Of a stretch of 20,622 nucleotides of DNA, positions 7,245 through 15,138 are shown in pieces. The translations under genes and the position numbers were made by a program. The notes beneath the pieces are model-generated. The model had not been told where the DNA came from and made no database searches. It was given only the letters and a program-made list of their open reading frames with translations. The DNA lies in NCBI GenBank assembly GCA_040220235.1, contig JAVJTO010000041.1. One strand, given 5' to 3'. Origin of the DNA: Coleofasciculus sp. B1-GNL1-01. Its GTDB lineage: Bacteria; Cyanobacteriota; Cyanobacteriia; Cyanobacteriales; Coleofasciculaceae. Every line of letters starts with the position of its first letter. Position 1 is the first letter of the stretch.

Positions 7245-9395
7245 ATGGGCATGAAATACCAGGTTGTTTTACAGCATAACGAAGAAGATTGTGGTGCGGC
7301 TTGTTTGGCTGCGATTGCTAAATATTATGGGCGTTTTTTTTCCATCAATCGGGTTCGGGAAGTGGCAGGAACAGGACCACTGGGTACTACATTACTCAAC
7401 CTCCGACAAGGGGCAAAAGCGCTTTTATTCGATGCACGAGGTGTTAAAGCACCCCTAGAACTGATCGATCAAAAAGTTGTGCCATTACCCGGAATTATCC
7501 ATTGGAAAGGGAATCACTGGGTTGTATTGTATGGACGCAAGGGAAACAAGTATGCTATAGCCGATCCAGCCGTGGGGATGCGCTATTTATCTCGCCAAGA
7601 ATTACTGTCTGGCTGGACTAATGGCGTGATGCTCTTACTAGAACCACGTTCTGACTTTAAAACCCAACCCGATGATCGAAACAAAGTTGGTAGTTTTAAT
7701 CGCTTCTTCCAACAATTCTGGAACTATCGGACTCTTCTAGCTGAAGCCTTATTACTAAACTTTGTTTTAGGGCTACTTTCGCTTACATCTCCATTCTTAC
7801 TGCAAATTCTTACTGATGATGTGCTGATTCGAGGGGATATTTACCTGCTCAATGGTGTCATCATTGCTGTTTTGGTAATGCATCTCATTAGCAGTATCTT
7901 TAAATTGATTCAATCCAACTTAGTGGCTCATTTTGCTCAACGGCTGGAATTAAATTTAGTCCTAGAATTTGGTCGTACTATTCTGAGTTTACCCCTGCCT
8001 TACTACGAATCTCATCGGAGTGGTGAAATTATTAGCCGCTTGCGAGACATTCAAGCCATTAATTAACTTATTTCTCAAGCCGGAATTATTCTACCGAGCC
8101 AATTTTTTATTGCCTTAGTTTCCCTGGGTTTCATGCTTGTTTACAGCCCTAAACTCTTGATGATAGCTTTAGCTATTGCTGTCATCATGACGCTATCTAC
8201 TGTAGTATTGCTGCCCAAGATTCAGCAAAAAATCCGCAATCTATTAGCCTTAATCGCAGAAAACCAAAGTTTGTTAATTGAAACCTTCAAAGGGGCAATC
8301 ACTCTGAAAACAAAAAATGCCGCCCCTCAATTTTTTGAAGAATTTCAGATTCGCTATGGACGACAAGCAACCCTCACCTTCAATACCCTACAGATGGCTA
8401 TTGTCAATAATGTATTTTCTGGGTTTGTCTCTCTCAGTGGTGAAACCATTCTGCTATGGTTTGGGAGTAGTTTAGTCTTTGCTCAAACCTTAAGCATCGG
8501 GCAATTGTTAGCGTTTAATGCAATGAACCGAAATTGCCTGATTTTAATTACAACAATTCTAAGTTTTGTGAATCAATTCGCCTTTACTCAAACTGCCATT
8601 CAGCGCTTGATGGATGTGATTGATTCTACACCTGAAGTTCAAGACACTACTCCCAAGCCGAGGGTCAAAATTCCTGGTAATGCCACGATTACCTGCACTC
8701 ATCTCAACTTTCATCACACAGGTAGAGTGGAGTTACTCCAAGACTTTTCTCTTACCATTCCTGGGGGAAAAGGGATTGCCTTAATTGGTAAATCTGGCTG
8801 CGGTAAAAGTACCCTAGCTAAACTAATTGCAGGGTTATATCTGCCCCAATCTGGTAATATTCGCCTTGATGATTACAATTTACAAGACCTCTCGCTCGAT
8901 TGCATTAGAAAGCAGATTATTCTAATTCCCCAAGAAGCTCACTTTTGGAGTCGCTCAATTATTGATAATCTTACTCTGGGAAATCCTCAGATTGGCTTTG
9001 AGGAAATTATTAAAGCCTGTCAGATTGCTCAAGCAGATGAATTTATTAGCAAACTTCCCAACAAATATCAAACTATTTTAGGAGAATTCGGCGCTAATCT
9101 TTCAGGAGGACAACGGCAACGATTAGCGATCGCATTAGGTATTGTCACTGACCCACCCATCTTGATTTTAGATGAATCTACAGCGAGTCTCGATCCAGTG
9201 AGTGAAACAGAAGTCCTCGATCGACTCCTCACCCACCGTCAAGGAAAAACCACAATTCTGATTAGTCATCGCCCCAGGGTTATCAACCGTGCCGATTGGA
9301 TTGTCTTCTTGGAAGAAGGACAGGTAAAACTTCAAGGAAGTCCAGAAGTTCTACGTTCCAAAGCTGGAGATCATCTGGATTTTTTGACTCCTTGA
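7245..9395 (+). pseudogene. lanT: C39 peptidase-containing ABC transporter (LanT/PCAT) split by one in-frame TAA at 8064-8066
   Basis: QHNEEDCGAAC, HWVV and IADP peptidase motifs, TM domain, Walker A GKSGCGKST, LSGGQRQR and ILDEST. ORFs 7245..8066 and 8133..9395 share a frame, and the gap reads AIN*LISQAGIILPSQFFIALVSLGF. Repair gives 716 aa. Confidence 0.88.
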
Positions 9396-9525
9396 TTCTT
9401 CTCGAAGTTTTTGGTCTTGTTTCAGTTGATGTAAGAACTGATTGACGGCTTTCATGCTGATTTGAGTCTGTGATAGTGCGATCGCATTTTGCAGATGATG
9501 TCCTCATTGAGATTAGCATCAGTTT

Positions 9526-9540
9526 TGATAATCATTATCA
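9526..9540. promoter_or_regulatory. Perfect Zur box (distal) upstream of lanA1
   Basis: TGATAATCATTATCA, an exact 7-1-7 palindrome. Confidence 0.88.
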
Positions 9541-9559
9541 TTCAGTTAGATAATAAATC

Positions 9560-9592
9560 AAAATGATAATGATTATCATTTTTAGCTATACT
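9560..9592 (+). promoter_or_regulatory. Perfect Zur box (proximal) over the -35 region of the lanA1 promoter
   Basis: AAAATGATAATGATTATCATTTT (9560-9582) is a perfect 11-1-11 palindrome. A candidate -10 TATACT is at 9587-9592. Confidence 0.88.
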
Positions 9593-9644
9593 TACTTTAG
9601 TGGCGAAAAGCCAAATAAATATCTATAGCCAATGGAGGCTGTAT

Positions 9645-9824
9645 ATGTCTAACGCCGATATTATCCGTGCGTGGAAGGATGAAGACTACCGCGCCAGTTT
9701 GAGCGATGAAGAGAAGGAACTGTTGCCAGAAAATCCAGTGGAAGTGATTGAACTGACGGATGAAGAGCTTTCCTCGGTGTCGGGGGGATGCACTCTCTGT
9801 GGCAATCCGTGGCACACTCTTTGA
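9645..9824 (+). CDS. lanA: Lanthipeptide precursor LanA1 (mersacidin/lichenicidin-type leader), 59 aa, core CTLCGNPWHTL
   Basis: GGAGG (9634-9638) precedes ATG 9645. The 48-aa leader DIIRAWKD..YR.SLS....LPENP...IELTDEELSSVSGG ends in a double-Gly site. Confidence 0.9.
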   Translation: MSNADIIRAWKDEDYRASLSDEEKELLPENPVEVIELTDEELSSVSGGCTLCGNPWHTL

Positions 9825-9894
9825 TGCCATTGCCGCGCTATGTACTCTACAGAAGTACTGATGCGATCAAGGCTGACTAATTTTGTTAAACTGT

Positions 9895-9937
9895 TGACCC
9901 AGAGAGGACTTGATACTATCTCTTCTGGGTCATTCTT
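9895..9937 (+). terminator. Stem-loop after lanA1
   Basis: TGACCCAGA (9895-9903) pairs with TCTGGGTCA (9924-9932), followed by TTCTT. Confidence 0.55.
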
Positions 9938-10211
9938 GCAAAATGCTGAACGACTCTAAAGTTAATAAAAATTTAAGGTGATTACAATATTAAATTCCTC
10001 TTTCCACACTAGGTAATCGGCTCCGCCGCCGACAAGTCTTTCTATACTATGCTGTCGAACAAGAACTGGAGATTTCATAGACGTTTTACAAGTCATTTCA
10101 TGAAAAATCTTTATTTAGGTTATTGATTATTGGAGGAGGATGGACTTTTTCATAATTTAAATTCCTAATGAGGAGTGGAATTTTTGTATCGATTAGAGTT
10201 TTCTCCATCGC

Positions 10212-11282
10212 CTAGTCTGATAGTTTGGGTTTTACAACAACTGGTTCTTTTCCCCGTGCAATCAATGCTATTCTTTTTTCTTGAGGCTGGAGGATACAAA
10301 GCTGATCGTCACCAAGCTGAAATACAACAAAATCTCCGGCGAGGTGAGTCGCATTCTGGACACTCCAAAATGCAAAGGGTGTCTCCAGGGAGAATTGGAT
10401 TTTTAAGTTCTCTTTCTCGTTGCTACCCATAATCCCTCCCGCCGCCCAAACGACAGTCCGATATTCCCAATTGGTATTTTCAGTAAGTTTGGGGACGGCT
10501 CCAAAAGGATTGGGGGCACAATTGTACCATTCGGGCGGTTCGGGTGTCGGGGCAACAGAGGCAAAATCGGAAAGGATAGCCTTGGAATTAACCAATAGTT
10601 CAAACTTCCCTGCTTCATTTTTGCCTACACAGAGCCTGCCATTTCTATCTGTAGCCATCACATCTTTTATACTCTCTTGACTCGTGCCGTCAAGGTTTGA
10701 CCGAATGACTTGCTGACCATCAGAGGTCATGAAATATAGCACATATTCTTCGCTTGGTTGTAGCTGTTTGACTGAAATCACATCAAGCTGAGTTAACATA
10801 CTGGTCTGGCTGTTCAGCCCATACAAACCTAATAATAGGAGGTAACTGATACCATGAATAATGATTGTAGATTTGAGAGCATTTTGAACGGCTTTTTGCT
10901 GTTTCTGAAGTAGGAACCAAAAGAATGGATACTCGATGAATAATGTGAGGATAAAGGCAAAGGTCACAAAGAGCCAGAGCCAGATATGAATATTTTCAAT
11001 AGTAATGCTTGGAATAGGAGATAGCCGATCTAGTATCAATAACATTCCTCCCCAAGCCGAGGCGTAATTAGCGACAACGAGGAGATTAATTGATTTTGAG
11101 CGCGGCGTGTGAAAGAATTTTGAAAGCAGGATTCCTTCGACAATACCAATAACCGCATTGCCAATAAAAAGGTGAACCAATCCAGTCCACATCAACGGTG
11201 TTCCTGCATTAGCAAGGACAGGAACAGGTGAGAGCGCGATCGCAAAAGCAAGAATCGCAACAAGCTTCCAGTGGATTTTCAT
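10212..11282 (-). CDS. Hypothetical membrane protein (signal peptide/several N-terminal TM helices + soluble beta-rich C-terminal domain)
   Basis: Long open frame with hydrophobic segments in the first ~160 aa (ANAGTPLMW..HLFIGNAVIGIVEG, VANYASAW, IEYPFF). ATG 11282 is preferred over TTG 11294. No family recognised with confidence. Confidence 0.75.
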   Translation of the reverse strand: MKIHWKLVAILAFAIALSPVPVLANAGTPLMWTGLVHLFIGNAVIGIVEGILLSKFFHTPRSKSINLLVVANYASAWGGMLLILDRLSPIPSITIENIHIWLWLFVTFAFILTLFIEYPFFWFLLQKQQKAVQNALKSTIIIHGISYLLLLGLYGLNSQTSMLTQLDVISVKQLQPSEEYVLYFMTSDGQQVIRSNLDGTSQESIKDVMATDRNGRLCVGKNEAGKFELLVNSKAILSDFASVAPTPEPPEWYNCAPNPFGAVPKLTENTNWEYRTVVWAAGGIMGSNEKENLKIQFSLETPFAFWSVQNATHLAGDFVVFQLGDDQLCILQPQEKRIALIARGKEPVVVKPKLSD

Positions 11283-11440
11283 GTCTTTTATCAAACTAAC
11301 TCATTAAAGCGTTGCGCTCCTACCATTTGAGCAATGCACTGACCTAAACCCCCTTTGATATCACTTTTATTTGCTTCTACCGCGAAATCTCTCTGGCGCG
11401 AGAATGGCAAGCGATCGCATTGTGCCTGCTTTAACTAAAT

Positions 11441-14400
11441 TTAGTCTCGCTCGACTCTCTGTATAAAAGGAGGTGCTAACAGCAACACTGAGGGAACGCG
11501 CTGAGGTTCCGCTAATCGCAAGAGTCCGTAACCAATCCCTGCCAATCCCATCATTAACCCCGGTGTTTCAACACCCAATAGCGTTCCACAACGCCAGCCA
11601 TACTGATTGATACTTTCTAAAATCATGGCGGTAATGCGATGAATCTGCTCATCCCACTGCCCCTCTTTCAGGATTTCACGGGCTTGTAATAAGAGTTCTA
11701 GATTGCCCAAATCGCCGTGACAGAGGCAATGGTTTAAACCAAATCCCCGTTCGAGGGTGATGTTAATCGCCCTGTTAATTTCTGCACGAGTTTCGGCATC
11801 ATCCCTATGGTTGAGGGAACGCAAACGACTTAATCCTATTCCTGAGATGCCATTACACCAGATTGGCAATCCCTGACAGAACTGACTCCGTTCATAAGCA
11901 ATTCCAGCATCAGCCGTTTTCCGAAAACGTTCCTCATGGGTCAGTGCTGCTAATTCAAGCAATGCCCAAGCGATGCCTGCTGCACCATGGGCGAATCCTG
12001 TTGTTTGGAATTGTTGAGTATTGTGAATCCAACAGACGCCCTGTTCTTGGGGTTGAGCCGTGGCAATCAAGCGATCGCCACATTCAATTGCCGCAGCCAG
12101 AACGGCATCTGAGGGAAAGCAATGATAGAGGGCTAGCAAACTGGCGATACATCCAGCCGCACCACCAATTAAGTCAAAATACTCATCGGTTTCAATCATT
12201 CCCCGGATGGAATGGATCAACTCCTCCGCCTCGGTTAACCGTTCGGGTTGCTCCCACAGTACTCCCAAATGAGTCAGGGTATAAATTACCCCTCCCCACC
12301 CACTAAAGCCACCAATCGTCGGAATTAATGATTGACCCTGTTGAATTTGATGCTCTAGAGTTCTGAAAGCAGCTTGAGCGAGTTGAGTGTAGCGTTTTTC
12401 TTGGGTAATCGCTCCTAAATAGGCAAGAAATAAAGCTACCCCAGGCAAGCCATCGTAGAGACTCCAGGTTAAGGAAGCCAGCGTCCAATGGGAACCCCCT
12501 GCTAGAGTTAAACCCAGCCAAGTTGCATCCTCGTGACTACGGAGGGCTAATAACTCTAACCTGTCGCCAATCTGACAAGCCGCCGCTAGAAGTTGTTCGC
12601 GATCGCACCTTGTCTGCGGCTCAAATTGTGGGTATCCTTGCCAACCAACACCCTCCTGTGCCATCGCTAACGTGGAAACAGAAGCGCGGATAAACCAGGT
12701 TTGTCGCTCTAAATCCCGTTCATCTAACTGCTCAAGGCGATAGACTACCTGTTCCATTCCTGATCGCTCAAAAAAATTAGCGAAGATTTGGTTATTGCTG
12801 CCAACCACATCGCGGGAATTGGGACGAGTCGTAAACATGGGGATGTCCCCCTGCCATAACTCCTGCCGTTCCGTTGGGATAACCTTGGCAATATCCGGAA
12901 GATGCTGGACTTCAATCCAGAGCTTATCAAACCAGCGATCGCGCTCTAGGGCATTTCGCAACACATCGGGATGGAAACTCTCGGCTAGTAAGGCGGCGTA
13001 AGTCCGGGTGGGACGCAAAACGACACGTATCTCATCCTCAGCGAAGTGAGTTAAACGGTTCTGGAACTCATCGCGGTATTTTACCAAATCCTGATAAATG
13101 GTGGTAAATCCAGTAACAATCTCCTCGGCGTAATCTAAAACATTCACCTCAGTCTCCAGCAGATGCGGTTGATTCTGAGCGCCTTGCAGCAACCTTTGCT
13201 GGCGAACGACTCGCATTTCATCCGTAGCCACTCCTTCCCAAGACCGAATCCGTCGTGGTACAGTCTGACCGGGCTGACTACCGATGCCACTTTTGTCAAG
13301 TTCTTTTGATTGGTGACTTGTCCAACGACGATTTGGCAGTAATCCCACCCGCAAAACGGAGTAAGCCAGTTGTTGGCTTGCCATAAATACCGATTCTTTT
13401 AAAGGGGTGGTACTGATAGTGGTGCGGCGGGGGTGGAATAGGGATTCTAAGTCAATTAAAATAGGTTGCTCCCCGGCGGCAATTAAGTTTTCCGAATGAA
13501 AATCTGTGGCTTCTAGGGCATACAGCAACGCTAAATAGCCGCCAATTCGTTGATAAAAACGCTGAACCTCTTCTGGGGAGTGACAACTGTGGGCGGTGAC
13601 AAATTCTACCCATCCATAACTCCCACGATTGAGAATGTTGAGAGTTTTGAAGGCTGGGTGATTTCCTCGGTGATTGAGCCAAGTGAGGAGTTCCTGAAAA
13701 TGGACATCTATGGCTAGGGATTTGGGTTTATAAACAATCTGGAAGCCAGAACTAAATTTAGCGATCGCAACAGAACGCCCCCCTCGGTGACTATCCCCTG
13801 TATTCGGTTTTAGTTCTGTCAATACACCGGGATTGGTGTGGGGAGAAAACGTCGTGCAAATCTCATCCCAATCAGCACACAGACGCTGGATAAATTCCAG
13901 GCTAACCTTAACCCAGCGTTCAATACAAGTTACTAATTGTCTTGCCAAAACGGGATATTCTTGTAAGATACCAAGCATGACATCCCGTTGATAGATTCGT
14001 TCTAAGAAGCTTAAAAATCGCTCTCTCGGAGTATTGCCTGACAACAGCCCTTGCAAACGAGCAATGTTGAGTTCTAATATCAGGGTTTGGTTCAACATCT
14101 GGAGCAATGACTGGGGCAAATGCTGATAGAAAATTTCGTGTATTGTGTTGGGGTCAAAGGGGGTTTTGGATTGGGTTTTCTTGAGTAGGGATTGGATACC
14201 AACGTCTAGGCGCTCAATGCCTTGGCTAATTAGGGGTTCAATGGCATAGAGGAAACCCGATGACTCTTTACCGGGTGGTAACTGGGAAGGCGGGATGATT
14301 TTGATCTTGGGGGGTTCGGTACGGGAAAAGGCGTTCTCTAGTTCGTTTAACCAATCGGGTGGAGTCGGGGAACGCTGTTGTAATGCGGCTATCGATTCAC

Positions 14401-14629
14401 CTAAAAGGTAGCGAAAGGATTCAGGGGTGAGTCCATCAATTGCTAATCGTTGAGTATAGTAGGAATCTATGGGAAAAGGGGTTTGCGATCGCCATCGCTG
14501 CCATCGACGCTCTGCCAAAGCCTCGTCAAATTCCTGATCAATTGAAGGCTCCAGTGTGTCTAACGCTGCAATCCGTTCCCTCAATGTCAGTGCCTGATAC
14601 CAGGCTACTCCCTTTAACCCCTGATTCAT
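11441..14629 (-). CDS. lanM: Class II lanthipeptide synthetase LanM (LanM2), cyclase zinc ligands retained
   Basis: GDSHRGG, VYKPK, DFHSENLIA, IDLESLF, RVVLRPT and GDIPMF, then cyclase GFAHGAAG, WCNG and HCLCHG. ATG 14629 has a GGAG upstream; the alternative start is TTG 14644. Confidence 0.93.
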   Translation of the reverse strand: MNQGLKGVAWYQALTLRERIAALDTLEPSIDQEFDEALAERRWQRWRSQTPFPIDSYYTQRLAIDGLTPESFRYLLGESIAALQQRSPTPPDWLNELENAFSRTEPPKIKIIPPSQLPPGKESSGFLYAIEPLISQGIERLDVGIQSLLKKTQSKTPFDPNTIHEIFYQHLPQSLLQMLNQTLILELNIARLQGLLSGNTPRERFLSFLERIYQRDVMLGILQEYPVLARQLVTCIERWVKVSLEFIQRLCADWDEICTTFSPHTNPGVLTELKPNTGDSHRGGRSVAIAKFSSGFQIVYKPKSLAIDVHFQELLTWLNHRGNHPAFKTLNILNRGSYGWVEFVTAHSCHSPEEVQRFYQRIGGYLALLYALEATDFHSENLIAAGEQPILIDLESLFHPRRTTISTTPLKESVFMASQQLAYSVLRVGLLPNRRWTSHQSKELDKSGIGSQPGQTVPRRIRSWEGVATDEMRVVRQQRLLQGAQNQPHLLETEVNVLDYAEEIVTGFTTIYQDLVKYRDEFQNRLTHFAEDEIRVVLRPTRTYAALLAESFHPDVLRNALERDRWFDKLWIEVQHLPDIAKVIPTERQELWQGDIPMFTTRPNSRDVVGSNNQIFANFFERSGMEQVVYRLEQLDERDLERQTWFIRASVSTLAMAQEGVGWQGYPQFEPQTRCDREQLLAAACQIGDRLELLALRSHEDATWLGLTLAGGSHWTLASLTWSLYDGLPGVALFLAYLGAITQEKRYTQLAQAAFRTLEHQIQQGQSLIPTIGGFSGWGGVIYTLTHLGVLWEQPERLTEAEELIHSIRGMIETDEYFDLIGGAAGCIASLLALYHCFPSDAVLAAAIECGDRLIATAQPQEQGVCWIHNTQQFQTTGFAHGAAGIAWALLELAALTHEERFRKTADAGIAYERSQFCQGLPIWCNGISGIGLSRLRSLNHRDDAETRAEINRAINITLERGFGLNHCLCHGDLGNLELLLQAREILKEGQWDEQIHRITAMILESINQYGWRCGTLLGVETPGLMMGLAGIGYGLLRLAEPQRVPSVLLLAPPFIQRVERD

Positions 14630-14704
14630 CACGCTTTGCTCCAAAATCCTGCCTCAACCTATTCGTTATAATTAGTACTTGACGCTGATAATACATCACT
14701 AGTT

Positions 14705-14938
14705 TTACAAACTCAGGGTTGCTTCCCCACAATGTTCGCAATCGGTGTGGCAGGTTTCTTCATGAGACGTACCGTGCGCCAGCACGTTCAGCGCACCGCC
14801 AGCCATGGATGACATCTCTTCATCTGCCAGTTCAATCAATCCGGCTGGATTCTCTGGAAGCTGCGCCTTCTCAGCCTCACTCAAGCTTTCACGATAGTCT
14901 GTGTCTTTCCAAGCGCGGATGATGTCGATATTCGACAT
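14705..14938 (-). CDS. lanA: Lanthipeptide precursor LanA2, 77 aa, His/Cys/acid-rich core ALNVLAHGTSHEETCHTDCEHCGEATLSL
   Basis: AAGGAG precedes ATG 14938. The 48-aa leader is 34/48 identical to LanA1 by manual alignment and ends EMSSMAGG. It lies directly upstream of lanM2. Confidence 0.9.
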   Translation of the reverse strand: MSNIDIIRAWKDTDYRESLSEAEKAQLPENPAGLIELADEEMSSMAGGALNVLAHGTSHEETCHTDCEHCGEATLSL

Positions 14939-14981
14939 GAGATTCTCCTTTGGGTAAAACCCATGGTTTTGCTGTCTCCAG

Positions 14982-15016
14982 AGTATAAACAAAAATGAGA
15001 ATGATAACAATTATCA
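14982..15016 (-). promoter_or_regulatory. lanA2-lanM2 promoter with a Zur box over the -35 element
   Basis: Minus strand TTGTTA (15010-15005), 17 nt, TATACT (14987-14982). Box TGATAACAATTATCA (15002-15016) has 1 mismatch, with an offset weaker box at 14996-15010. Confidence 0.78.
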
Positions 15017-15096
15017 AAAACAAAGTTTTGTTTCCCTGACTGGGGGCGATCGCTCAAGTTGAGTGACAAAACCGCAATATCCAGATTAGTTTCAGA

Positions 15097-15129
15097 TTGT
15101 ATGAGATAATGATTATCAATCTCATACAA
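15097..15129. promoter_or_regulatory. Zur box inside an inverted repeat upstream of the second PEP-CTERM gene
   Basis: AGATAATGATTATCA (15104-15118, 1 mismatch). Arms are TTGTATGAGAT (15097-15107) and ATCTCATACAA (15119-15129). Confidence 0.78.
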
Positions 15130-15138
15130 AGCCAGTGC

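Noticed and set aside
8133..9395. Separate ABC transporter gene
   Set aside because: It is in the same frame as 7245..8066 with continuous coding-like sequence between them, so one interrupted lanT is the better reading.
9600..9644. Longer GTG start for lanA1 (likewise the 15010 start for lanA2 and the 15097 start for the PEP-CTERM gene)
   Set aside because: The downstream ATGs of both lanA genes have RBSs and give matching MSNxDIIRAWKD starts. The 15010 and 15097 extensions overlap Zur boxes.
9940..10211. Possible third precursor or gene remnant in the AT-rich gap
   Set aside because: I found no leader motif or Zur box, and the frames I translated were short and unrecognisable.
9645..14938. 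Classical two-component lantibiotic (lichenicidin/haloduracin-like)
   Set aside because: Two LanM and two LanA fit superficially. The cores lack the typical alpha CTxTxEC and cationic beta patterns, LanM1's cyclase site is degenerate and no immunity genes are seen. Not fully excluded.
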